A DNA stretch of 64,000 nucleotides, from the NCBI GenBank assembly GCA_047495785.1, contig JBLDXI010000013.1, positions 2,170,001 through 2,234,000 on the forward strand. Direction: 5' to 3'. The DNA comes from Lepidodermella squamata. Its lineage: Eukaryota; Animalia; Gastrotricha. Each line of letters opens with the position of its first letter. The first letter of the stretch is position 1. The position numbers were made by a program, and so were the translations under genes. The notes under the pieces were generated by a model. It saw nothing but the letters and a program-made list of their open reading frames with translations, had not been told where the DNA came from and did not search any database. Positions 46,161 to 57,654 of this stretch are shown one piece after another.

Positions 46161-46867
46161 ATGTTAAAAATCACGCTAATTACCTGCGCAGTTTTTTCAC
46201 CAGCCCTGGGCTACAGCCGCTACAAACAGCTGTTGCCAAATGGTAACAGGGTACCACATCCCTGCGACTCGTCCCTGGTATGGGACGGCGTTGGTCACGA
46301 GCGAGTGACCGGCGGCGGTTTGCGGTCGCAATTCGGCCGCGATTTCGCCCTAGCTAACCACGTTTGGACCGTCGAGCTGTGTCGAAAGGATTCGGACGGC
46401 GATGGGCGCACGAATGGCATAGAACTGGGCGACCCTGATTGCGTCTGGTCGATGAACGGCATACCGGCTGTTACTGATGCGACGAAATTGTCCCATCCTG
46501 GGGTCTGCGAACCTGTCAACGCGCCAAGATGTGCAAATCGCAATGTTTTCCTTCTTTTACCATCAAATAACTGCCCGATCGCGGCTTCATTCAACCAAGG
46601 TAAAGAAGTAGTTTAAATTAAAAAATTGAGTTTTAAATATTTCAATTTCCAGCTCCTAATGGAACTTCATTCAATTTCACGGCGTTTGAGAGTGTTCGAT
46701 CTGCTAATCCTGTAACAACTGCCCTACCAATTACCGTTGTTTCGGCAGAAAAAGTGAAGCAATCTCTTAGCGAAAGGTCATCAGCTAGTGGATCGAAATT
46801 GTCTGAAAAATATCTCTTACCAAAAATGTTACTCATTCTGTATACATTTTTTATTGTGGCAATCTAA
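46161..46867 (+). CDS. Temptin domain + short stalk + GPI-like tail, 2 exons
   Basis: MLKITLITCAVFSPALG; uninterrupted temptin domain; intron after FNQ; ends MLLILYTFFIVAI. Confidence 0.87.
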
Positions 46868-48065
46868 TTGCGATCAATTAATTAATTTGAGAGGGGTCAA
46901 TAAAAAAGTTATATTTAGAAAAATTTCGTTGGTTTTAATTTATTTTAGGGCTAGTATTTATTTTGTCCATCAAACGCTTATAGCCGCTAATCGTTGCTGT
47001 ATGTATGACGGAAGCGGAGGAAATAATAACAGCTGAGACTTTGTTTACTTGAAAACACGCTCCCTGAAGTCCGCGTTTAATCGCCTCGAGATTAATAATG
47101 ATACAAATAATATTGACACGTCTCGATAAATCATCGCTGAGTCATCGATTAATTTTTATTGCGTCTCATACCTAATTTTTTGGCTATTGACCATGACCAC
47201 AGACAAACGTTAATACTCGATGGAATTTCGTCCAAATATCACGCTTTCAAAATTTGCGTTAATTGACCTCGCTAATTAGTTGCATGGCCACTAAGTGAAC
47301 ATTTCTGCGCGGCGAACGCAACCTGAAGCCGCGGCACGTTTCGTCCTGTTCAAACACGAGTCGGATGACACTAATTACGGCAAGTAAACACTAATTAACT
47401 ACTGTGGCAGTGGTCAACTATTTTATTGACCGGACATTTCCGAGGCAACAGCACCATCAGCAGGCTTGCTGCTATACTGCGAAAAAATCAGGCCAAAAGT
47501 GGCGCCGCTTTTGAAATGTCGGCATCGCGCATCAAAATATTATCACTTGTAACTCGCAGTCACATTTTGTTGTTTGTACAAATATTTTCGGCGTTTTTCA
47601 AAAGTTTCCAAGCTTTGAAGAACACAAAACAAAAATAACAACATCAACGTGTAAAAATTTGTTAGGTAGTAGCTGTGTGTGCTCGCGCGCGTAATTTGAA
47701 TTTAAATCTTGAAACAATTAGCTCTCACGAGTGAACAGCTACCATGCATGTGAAAGCCACTGCCACGCTCTGCCATTCTGAGCGAGCGCGCGCGAAAAGT
47801 GTCTCCTGAAAATAATCGGCACGTGCGCGCAAGCTGCGAAAGATATTACATACGTACATTCATCAGGTCTGTGTTTGCGCAAAAGTGAAAATGCGCATTT
47901 TATTTCACAGCGATATGATGATTATGGCGACTTTTAAAAGAATACAGAATTTTTTTTCACATCCGCACGACACGAATTTTTTCAACTCTCGAAATCCTGC
48001 TAATTGAGTCTTTTTCTCAGATCTTTACTTCAATCTCAATTTATTATTTTTTTGCAGAATTAATT

Positions 48066-51000
48066 ATGAAAATATTACTTATTCGGTTAACATTTACCTT
48101 ATTAACAATCAATTTATCAAACGCTGCGAATGAACGGTTGAGAATCAGCGTTCAGCCGCCTTATATTGATCTGTCTCAGCCGAATCCTGGCGCAACTGTT
48201 ACTTTCTACATCTCCGCCTATTGCCCGGCGTCTTTGAGCATTTTCAACGAAAAAACTGGTCAAGTTTTAATTACGCAGGAAAACGTGACCGAAAACACGC
48301 CGCTTCGACTTGACAGTGTTTCTGTCACCGCTAACGGATTCTACATTGCGATTTGCGTCCTGGCTAATGGGAACGATAATTCGAATATTACGACGATTTT
48401 TAGAACTCGGCCTGTCGAGCTGAAAATCGGAGCGAATCCGCGTATTTTAGCCATCGATATTCGGCGGGGTAGTAGCTTGGAGGCGGACGCTTTCTACAAT
48501 TTATCGCGAACTTCAAGTGCGAACTTCCAGGACCATTTCAGCCTACATCGAGCGACGGAATTCGTGCCGAATTCAATTGATTTCGGCAATTATGACCATG
48601 TCGCAATTTTGGTGACAGTCGCAACTGGTTTAGATACATCGGCTGGGAAATCCGGGGAGAATAATATCATTCTCTCAATTCCTCAATTCGATCAAAATGG
48701 AACTTATAGCTTTGTTCAAAAGGGACCTCTTATCATGCGAAGCAACAAAACGTAAAATATTTGAAGTACATAATTCCCGAAAATTTTATCTTGATTTTTG
48801 AAGGGATGGAGCAATTATGGTATTTACCTACACATTTCTGTTGAGCAAGAACGATCTCGTCGCTTCAGGACTTTGCTACGTCGAAGGGACTGCAATTGCA
48901 TCGTTTCGCAGTTCGCCAATAATTCACGATCGAGTCACGTTCCGCTTCGAAATGGCCTACGACCCCTCGGTGTCGTCGATAATTGGTTGGCTAAATTTTC
49001 CCGAATAATTAAAAATTATTAACCCAACTTAATTAGTTGATCGATCGCCTGATGGCAAAGATTCATGCAGCTGTGTCTTCACCTGCAAAGCTGCCGGTTG
49101 CCCTTCGGATAAAATAGCATCCTATGAATGGGCTTTCTACGACCTGCCAAGTGATTCCGAGCAAGACTATGAACTAAGTCATTCTGACGATTACATCGAC
49201 CTGGGCGATGGCACGATTTCACCGAAAAAGCTCAATTACGTCCCGGGCAATCTTGCCCGGCTTGATCAATACATGTTGAACGCTTCAGCCTGCCAAAAAC
49301 TCTACGATAGCATTATGAAAAGCCACGAGGCTAATTCTTATCGAATCAGCTGTCGCGTTGTGTCATCCGGGAGTTCGAGGGAGTTTCTAAGCACCCTGCC
49401 TAGTGGCGTCTCCGGGCTTCAGGTTAAAGCGGCTTCGAATCATGCGAATCTTTACGAATTGCTGCGGCCGTGTTCGGTCGATGAGTTTCAATGCGTGAAA
49501 TCGAAGCAGTGTATACCTGTGACTAAGGTTTGCGACCAGCAGTCTGATTGTATTGACGGGTCGGACGAAGACAGGTCGGCTCGGAACTGCACGCGGCAGA
49601 TCAGCTTCCTTAACAACATCGACTTCAAATGCCCTTATGGGCAGTTTCACTGCAAAAACTCAAGTGAGTGCATTGGTAAAATTTTATTGCTTGAATAGGG
49701 TGAAATCAATTCACGGAACTATTAAGGTGGGTTTGCAAATAGCACGGACATATCTGCCCATACCTGTGGGTCAGCAAGTTTTGAAAGCGGGATGAAGCTA
49801 ATTCAGATAGACTAAAGCTATAATTGGAAAAGTCCTATGATCATCCGAGACGCTCTACTGAGCATTCGGGCAGGCGCAGTAGCATCCTGGGCGGACGGTG
49901 TAGTCGGATGAGCTGAACTCGATCGTTGTTTCGTTGGGCTTGAAGAAACCAGCACCGCCGTGCTCAGGGCGACCTTGTTGTTGACGCTGGTTGTTGCTAC
50001 CGGCTTGTTGTTGGCGAGCACCCTGCTGCTGGCTATTGGTCTCGTTGAACTTGGGCATATCGGCGCAGTAGCACACGCATTCGGCGTATCTCACCCACTG
50101 GGGAGCCGGCATTTCGGGCCTGGAGGAAGAGGATGACGCGTCGACTCCAGCTCGGCCGCTGAAACCGGCAGACAGGCGGCCACCTTGAACATTGCCTCGG
50201 TTGTCAGCGAAAACGCAGGCAACGGCCAAAACAGCAGAAATGATCAGAACGCGAGACATGCTTGAGGATTAGAACTTTTTCAGTTAGTTGAATGTAGAAG
50301 TTGAATTGTTGCTTTGATTCGATGATGTGGATGAGCTGAAATCTGCCGGTTATATAGGAAAATTTGTCTCGCTTGACCTGGCGCCTCCGCCAAATATTTG
50401 TAGTAAACACTCCCTCTTGCCCACGTTTCACTATAGTTTTTTCTAAAGGCAACTCACAACTATGACGTGCACGAAGTTTTTTCGTGTAAAATCTTATAAT
50501 TTCATCAATGAAAAGCCCTATTAGTGTTCATCACGAATGAGTTTATAATATGGTAGAAATTACGTTTCCGTTATCTTTCGAGGTGTGGGAAGGGTAAATT
50601 CACCTCATTTTTGTTGCCAATTTTTCAGAGGAATGCATCCTTATGTCGAAAAAGTGCGATTTCATCCAAGACTGCCTCGACAATTCGGATGAAGACAACT
50701 GTTTCCGCGACTCTTGCTTAGCCGATCGCCAATTTCGATGCAAAAACGGGCAGTGCGTGAGTCACGACTCGGTCTGTGACGGGCGAGCCCAATGCACCGA
50801 TAAATCCGACGAATCCGACGACTTGTGCAAGTCGTGCGATCCAGGCAGCCGAAATCCTGACATGTGGCGATGTCTGTTATCCGAAAAATGCGTTCACACC
50901 AGCCGGCTATGCGACGGCCGGCAAGACTGCGGCGCTTCAGACGCATCGGACGAATCAACTGAGGCGTGTAAAGAGGCGTTCCAACTTCAAATTTCTCGAG

Positions 51001-54000
51001 ATTTCGATAAATGCCCAGCTAATACGATCAAATGCTCGACGAGTTCGATTTGCGTGCCCGTTACAAATGTCTGCGACGGAGTACCGCACTGCTGCCCTGA
51101 TTTCGCGAAATTATTGTCTAGTCACGGTTATAATGGGACTCATTATGGCGATTGTGAGTCTACGGACGAGATTGGTTGTGAAACTGGACAGTGCTACCCG
51201 AAAAACGAATGCGAACAGGTAATTATAATTTTTTTCTAATTTTTCCCGAATTTTTAAATTTTAGTTTTAATTTTTAAATTTAAATTTTAAATTCTTAATT
51301 TTTTTTTAAGAATTGCGTTAGTGTGAAATTGAGAACGGACCACTCAGTTTGCGGCTCTTCAAACAGCCAGCCTGGTCATTACTGCTCTTGCAAACGTGGT
51401 TTTCAGCGATCAGTGTCAAATTTCAGCGAATGCCTCGATATTGACGAATGTTCATCTCCCTTATCGAACAATTGTTCGCAAATTTGTGCCAATACTATTG
51501 GAAGTTACGAGTGTTTGTGCAGCATTGGTTACGAAGAAGTGACCTTGCAGCCTAATAACACAATTCCAGCTGGTATCAGTTGCCGATTTCCTGAAAAAAT
51601 CGACCCGCACATCGTTTTCATCTACGCTGATTCGATTCGGCTATTAAATGGGTCAAAGAACCAGGTCATCGCCCACTCTTCAAAGTTGGGCCAGGAGATC
51701 GGGGTATTTGAGAGGTTTTACATTCATTTTTTCGAGATTAATGTGTTTTAAACAGGCCATGGATGTTGATATTCGAGATGGCACGGTGATTTATGTGGAA
51801 ACTGGAACTTGGAACCTTCGCCGAACTGCGTTGCCGATTTTTTCATCAGCCGAAAATTCCGACCATAGCAACATTCAACCTCCTTCAATTTCCCTCGCGA
51901 TTCCGAACGGATTCTTTCCGAATATTATCGATATTTCCATCGATTTTATCGGCGATAATTTGTATATTGCTTACGTGAAAGGCGAGACTAACCGAGTAAG
52001 CGTTTCGCTGGCGGATGGGCGTTACCCGAAAACGATTTATGAGAGCCATTTGAACGAAATTACGAGTATCGCTGTCAATCCTCTATTCGGACGACTCTAC
52101 ATCGCAACCTACTCGAAAGCTGACAATAAATTGGTGATTATTTTCTCGTCCATGGACGGCGATACAAGTTATGATAAGAAAATTTTCGAAATGAAAATTG
52201 AGGAATTCGGTTCGAATATGATTGCGCCAAGAATATCGGCGATCAGCATCGACTTCCCTGCCGGCCGGCTTTACTTCTCAATTTCTTGCGAAGAAAGCGA
52301 TTTTACAGCTATTTATATCGCCAACTTTGATGGATCTGGCTTGGCGCGACTTGGCATCCACCGACTGAATCCCGTTCCGAAATCGTTCGACGTTTACCAA
52401 GATTCTATTATCGGAATTTTTTCGTCGATTTTCTCGGAGAAGCCTGATGGTTTATCTTATGTTGCCGAAATCGACAAATTCGGGAGGTTGAGCTCGAATA
52501 GCGGTAAAGGTGGCAATTTAACTGGACCGCTTGTGACCGGCCAAGTTAGCCACGTTCGAGTTTTCCATCCTTTGAAAGCCGGATTACTGCCCAATGCACC
52601 GTGCGATGCCTTGAAATGCTCACATTTGTGCCTGCTCAAGTCAAATGGTAGCGCCACCTGTGCTTGTCCACAGGGTGTTTCTCTCATGGCGAGAAATAGG
52701 TCAAAATGCGACACTGCCGTTGTTATTAAACCTCCGCAACACCCTCGTGATTGCCTTATGAATTGCCCTCAGACGAGGGGCAGGTGTGTTAAGGTGGCCA
52801 ATAGCCAGGAAGATGTATTCGTTTGCAAATGTTTCGAGCCTTACTTTGGACCTAGCTGCAACTCGACTAACCACAAAGGATTCGTTCCACCGATGGCTAA
52901 ATCAAAGCTGAAAAACCAAAATATGGTAAATATCGATTTTTCTTCAATTTTAAAAATTTCAATAGATTTCAAACAATTTATTTTGAATTTCGTAAAAACG
53001 AAAAATATAAGAAATTCATTTTGGAATAATTTTGCAATTGACCGTTAACAAGTGAAAATTGGGGTTTGGGGAATTTTCTGTAATTTTTCCAGCTAATAGA
53101 AAAAGTGTGTTGACTTGAAGAGGGACGATTCATGGAATCCTAGATGTTTTTAGTCAGTTTCCCTAAGGATTTTGAATGCTTAAAATCAGACGTCTAGGAG
53201 GCTCCCATCAACCTCAATAGACGTCGATTGAGATTGACGTGGAAGCATTATTCCATCAAAATTTTTGAACATCTAGCAAAAGGTTCCTCACCTCAAATTT
53301 CCCTAAAAAATCTCGACTGCGCATAAGAAAATAACACCAGAATTTTTTTCACGACTAATTAGATATGAATTGATGCAATAAAAAAACTATAATTTTTAAG
53401 GCAGCACTTTTCGAAATGAGAAATTTTACCCGTGATGTTTGAAGCCCATTTTTTGAGTAATTCTGCTGACTATCAACCTATTTTTGATATCGTTCGACTC
53501 TATAGTTCATTGATCTTGAATGCGGCATCAAAATCTCAAAAATTTCGCCAATCCTCTTTTTCATTTGTTAACGGTCAATTTAATAATTAATAATTGCTCT
53601 CAAAAATGAGACCTTATACCAAAAATCAAAATTTTAAAATGTTGAATTTTTTTAAATTTTTTATAAAATTCCCAAAATTATGAAATTAAATTTTTGGGCA
53701 AAATTAATTGACTCGATATTTCTTTGAATTAAATGTGTAATAAAAAATACTTCATTGTATAATTTTACAGACCTTACCAGCTGATAATTTTACGAATGAA
53801 TCGGAGCTCAATGTTGCGGCGAAAACGTCATCTCAACGGCCTTTCGTTTTGATAAGTCACCGAGCAGTCGGCAATTACATGGGATACTTCGTGTCCGTGA
53901 CCATTCTCGTCGCCCTAGTCGCTTTTCTCCTGCTCACCCTACTCGCGATTGCTTGCTATAGGAAAGCAACGCGCCCTCATCGCGCAACTTTACCGACGAA

Positions 54001-54310
54001 AAAACTGAACAAAAAACGCCGCCGGCCAGTCGCTGACCAGCATTCGACGGCATCTAGCGACGATGTGCCTATGACTTGTGATCAACGCGTTTCACTCGCT
54101 GATTTTCTGGTTAGACAAGAGCAGCAGCTAAGGTCGAGTAATGCTGGCAATAACTCGGAAGAATTTGTTCAATGTGAGCAAATTATTCCACCCGCTGCTC
54201 AAGAACTCGACTTCCCACCGCCTATGATTACAGTCAGCTCATCCGCAGATGACAGCAGACAGCAGCCAAGTCAAAAGAATAACGAACAAAACAGCGAACA
54301 CAGGTTTTGA
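48066..54310 (+). CDS. LDLR/LRP-like type I receptor with unrecognised N-terminal module, LDLa repeats, EGF/cbEGF, degenerate beta-propeller, EGF, TM and tail (multi-exon)
   Basis: Signal peptide; LDLa repeats (C..F.C....CI.....CD...DC.D.SDE); DIDEC..C.N..GSYEC; propeller region 51756-52570; CSHLCL..CACP; TM YFVSVTILVALVAFLLLTLLAIACY followed by RK. Confidence 0.85.
49855..50259 (-). CDS. Small secreted CxCxC-bracket protein (Q-rich loop), nested antisense in intron 49664-50628 of the 48066 gene
   Basis: Signal peptide MSRVLIISAVLAVACVFA; WVRYAECVCYC...CYCAC; TATATAA on the minus strand at ~50350-50356. Confidence 0.85.
   Translation of the reverse strand: MSRVLIISAVLAVACVFADNRGNVQGGRLSAGFSGRAGVDASSSSSRPEMPAPQWVRYAECVCYCADMPKFNETNSQQQGARQQQAGSNNQRQQQGRPEHGGAGFFKPNETTIEFSSSDYTVRPGCYCACPNAQ
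53038..53578. mobile_element. MITE in intron of the 48066 gene
   Basis: TIR ttgaccgttaacaagtgaaaa / tttttcatttgttaacggtcaa; homologous to 42800-43733. Confidence 0.82.
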
Positions 54311-54465
54311 ATGAAAATTATTGCAATTCACAACTTTATTAGTGATCAGTATAACTGAATGGAATATTATATAGAGAGTGGAGAATAAAATTGAAATTAA
54401 TTTTATTATTTCAGTGATTCACAGAATCTTAGTTATAAATTTCTCGCCTTGGAAAATGGGTTTTT

Positions 54466-55026
54466 TTATGACTTTGGACAAGCGCAGTAGCAGCCGCCGC
54501 GGACTTGGAAACTGACTGTGTTGTTGAATTCAGGCGATAGGGTGATATTTCTTGGCATGCCGCCCATACCACCCCGCATACCGCCCATACCGCCTCGCAT
54601 ACCGCCCATACCCCCTCGCTGCTGGCCCATGCCCTGTCCTCCCTGCTGGCCTCTTCCACCCTGCTGGCCTCTTCCTCCTTGCTGGCCTCTTCCTCCCTGC
54701 TGGCCTTGTTGGTCCTGCTGGCCATCTTGGCCTTGTTGTTGACCCTGACGGCCTTGTTGCCACTGTCGGGTGTCATTTCCTCGTGACCAGTTGCCTTGCG
54801 TCCAGTTTCTAGCTGGCATGTCCCTGCAGTAGCAAATGCATCCGTCGTGTTTACTCCAAGTGGGTTCTGTACGGTTTGCCATCATCATGTTTCGTCCTCG
54901 ACCATTGCCACCTTGTTGGCCCCAACCACCCTGCTGTCCATTGCCACCTCTGCTCCATGGCTGTTGCGCCACGATGCAAACAACAGCAAGAGCCAAGACA
55001 GTGAAGCTGACGCTCACAAACGACAT
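54466..55026 (-). CDS. Small secreted CxCxC-bracket protein with GQQ/GGMR repeats, intronless
   Basis: Signal peptide MSFVSVSFTVLALAVVCIVA; WSKHDGCICYC...CYCAC; TATAAA on the minus strand at 55093-55098. Confidence 0.85.
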   Translation of the reverse strand: MSFVSVSFTVLALAVVCIVAQQPWSRGGNGQQGGWGQQGGNGRGRNMMMANRTEPTWSKHDGCICYCRDMPARNWTQGNWSRGNDTRQWQQGRQGQQQGQDGQQDQQGQQGGRGQQGGRGQQGGRGQQGGQGMGQQRGGMGGMRGGMGGMRGGMGGMPRNITLSPEFNNTVSFQVRGGCYCACPKS

Positions 55027-55452
55027 TTTTGGTGGATTTTTGGTATTTTAGAGTTTTGGAGAAATGACACGGCTGTAACTTGTGAGAGAGGCTTTATAGC
55101 CACTGGAACCTTATAGCCAGGGTAGGAAAAGTCGTGCCTACATTGACACGATTTCATCTTAGGATCTTTGCTGGCATTAAACTGGATGACGTAGGTGTGA
55201 TCACGTTTCTTTTCAAAGCATCATCGCGTTTTTTTATTTGGGCTCAAATGGGATTAATTCTTGGGCACCAGTAGAAGATTGCTGGCTTCATTGCTTTACC
55301 TCATTGCTTAAAATAAAAAATAATAATAAAACGGGGGAAAAGGTGTTTTATTTTTTTGAAAACATAGCAACAGAGTCTCAATTTCGGATGAATACTTGAA
55401 ATCGCCATTTTATTTGCAATTGTATTTCATTGAAGTAATACCGGCACCAAAA

Positions 55453-57390
55453 TCAAAGGGTACTGTCTGCAGAAGTAATGCCACGCCCGGCTGTTGCTCG
55501 CGAAAAAGCTTCATCTTCCTCGTTCATCAGGGAAGAATAGGCCCAGCTGCAATATTAAAAACCTAATTAATAGGAGATCGAAAGTTAATATCATTTTCTT
55601 ACACTAAGGTTGTCTGACTTGGTCGCCATAGGAAACATATCGAGACTAGAACAATGAAGGCTATCACCGACCAAAACGCTTCATCTAACCACCATAATTG
55701 CCATTGCTTCAGAAAAACTCGGAGATGAAATGAGCCAAAAGGATGAAAGTTCAGAAAACTTACTGGACATGGAGCATTTAGTCCCAAGTATATTCGAATT
55801 GCGACAAATACGACGCTACCTTATTAAAAGAATTTTAAATAATTTAGGAATTTTTCAGTTTTTTCTGAAATTTCTCACTTGTAAAGCAAAGAGCCATGAT
55901 TCCGACCAATGCGTTGTAAACTGATAGTTTTTGCGTGTCACCGTGATGTTTCAGGATGCGAGCTGTTTTGAATAAACTCATAACGATCTAAGAAATAGGG
56001 AATCAACAAGACTCCAAATTTCGCGAAAAATGCTCTTACCCAAGCTATAGAGATTGCATTTCCGAATATTGCAGGAATTCGCGAGTAAATCACCATTTTC
56101 ACGTAAAAAGGCTGCGAAAAAATTTGGAATTTAATTTACGATTTTCATAAAATTCCCCAACCTTCAAAACCGACATAATTGCGGGAACTGTAACTGAAAT
56201 GAAGTAAAAAGTGCCGAAAATAGCGAGAGGGCTGAAAATCGATCGATTGAAGCGATTAGCTTTCGTGGATCCGTATCCCATCGCGATGACAATCAGCAGC
56301 AAACGAAGCGTAGTGCCTTTGATTGACTGAGCTATTTCGGCGGCGATGTTCCATTCAAGTCGAGGCGCTCCAGTTCTATTGACCCCGTAGGCCACCGTAA
56401 GGCTGAAAGCTGATTCTATGAAACCTGTGAAAATTGCAAGTGTGATATAGGAATGAAGTCGGACGACGCCTCGCCAGTCTTTGCCGCAGATTATGACCCA
56501 AACTAGGACTAGCAGGCAATAACCGGCCATAGAGCAGGCCCAGAAGGGGAGTAGAGGCTGGACAGGTGCTGGTAAGTAACCACCGCCTGATGTTCGAACG
56601 TGAATTTGCAGCTGAATTTTCCATTCACCAGTTTTTGAAGAATCATTCGTTATTCCACCGCCGATGTAGAGGACGTAGTTGCCCTTTTTCCATGTCGAAG
56701 CTATCGTGCCCTGCTGTGAAAATGTCAAAATTCAGTCCAAGTAAGGAAAATGATGAGTCCTTACTGATGTCACATTTTGATGTCGATGAGCCGAAGCAGA
56801 CGCGTTTTTACAGGTCGGATAATCCGTCGGTGGGGTAAGCTGTTCGTTCTGAATTAAAAAAACCGGATTAAAATCACCACCTTAATTGAAATAAAAATCA
56901 AACCAAAAGAGATCCAAATGAAGTCCACGCGTTGTTGCATTGTAATAAAGTAGTTTCACTCGCGATGAATTCCGTTAGGCTGCCGTTTTGGCAGGGTCGA
57001 CTAAACTGGTCCATCTTAATAAAACGAATAATTAACAAATATTTTTAGATTTTTTTGAAAGTTTTCACCGATAAAGAGTCGATTCGTACAGGACATGGAA
57101 CGTAACTCAGGACCCAGTTTAAATATAAAGTTGCATTGAACTTAGAATCGACCATACAACGAATGCCTGTGACTTGAATGTTGGCATTCTCGTTAGCTAG
57201 AAATCTCCTCGCTCGAAAAGTATTTTCCTGAAAAATTACTGGCTCAAATTTCAATTTCACAGATTTTCTAAAAATAACTGACCCCGTTTAATGTAACTGT
57301 CTCCCTAACTGGGTCGTAAACGGTAGCTGAGGCTGCAACGATGAGCAGCGAGATGTAGGATATCTTCTCAATAATTTGAACTTTGTACAT
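55453..57390 (-). CDS. TMEM87/GPR107-108 (lung seven-TM, GOST) family protein, multi-exon
   Basis: GYLPAPVQPLLPFW, LIVIAMGYG, QWQLWWLDEAFW..ICFLWRPS..AYSSLMNEEDE; most similar to TMEM87. Confidence 0.82.
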
Positions 57391-57654
57391 ATCTATCTGC
57401 TTAACAAAAAATGGAAGTGAATAATTGTCTGGTAGGAGGGTGCTGCTTTGAACAAACGACAATGATACGTTTGCCAGCTCACAGTACTTGCTATTGGCTA
57501 GCGATAACCCTGCGGCCTTATCAGTCGACGTTTTCCTCTGTAATTCCTTTAATATCACATAATGTTTGCACCGCGAAGGGCGGCAGAGAGAAAACAAAGG
57601 CCGTATCGCAATTTTATTCATGGTTATATGGTAAGACGAAATAAAAATGATTAA

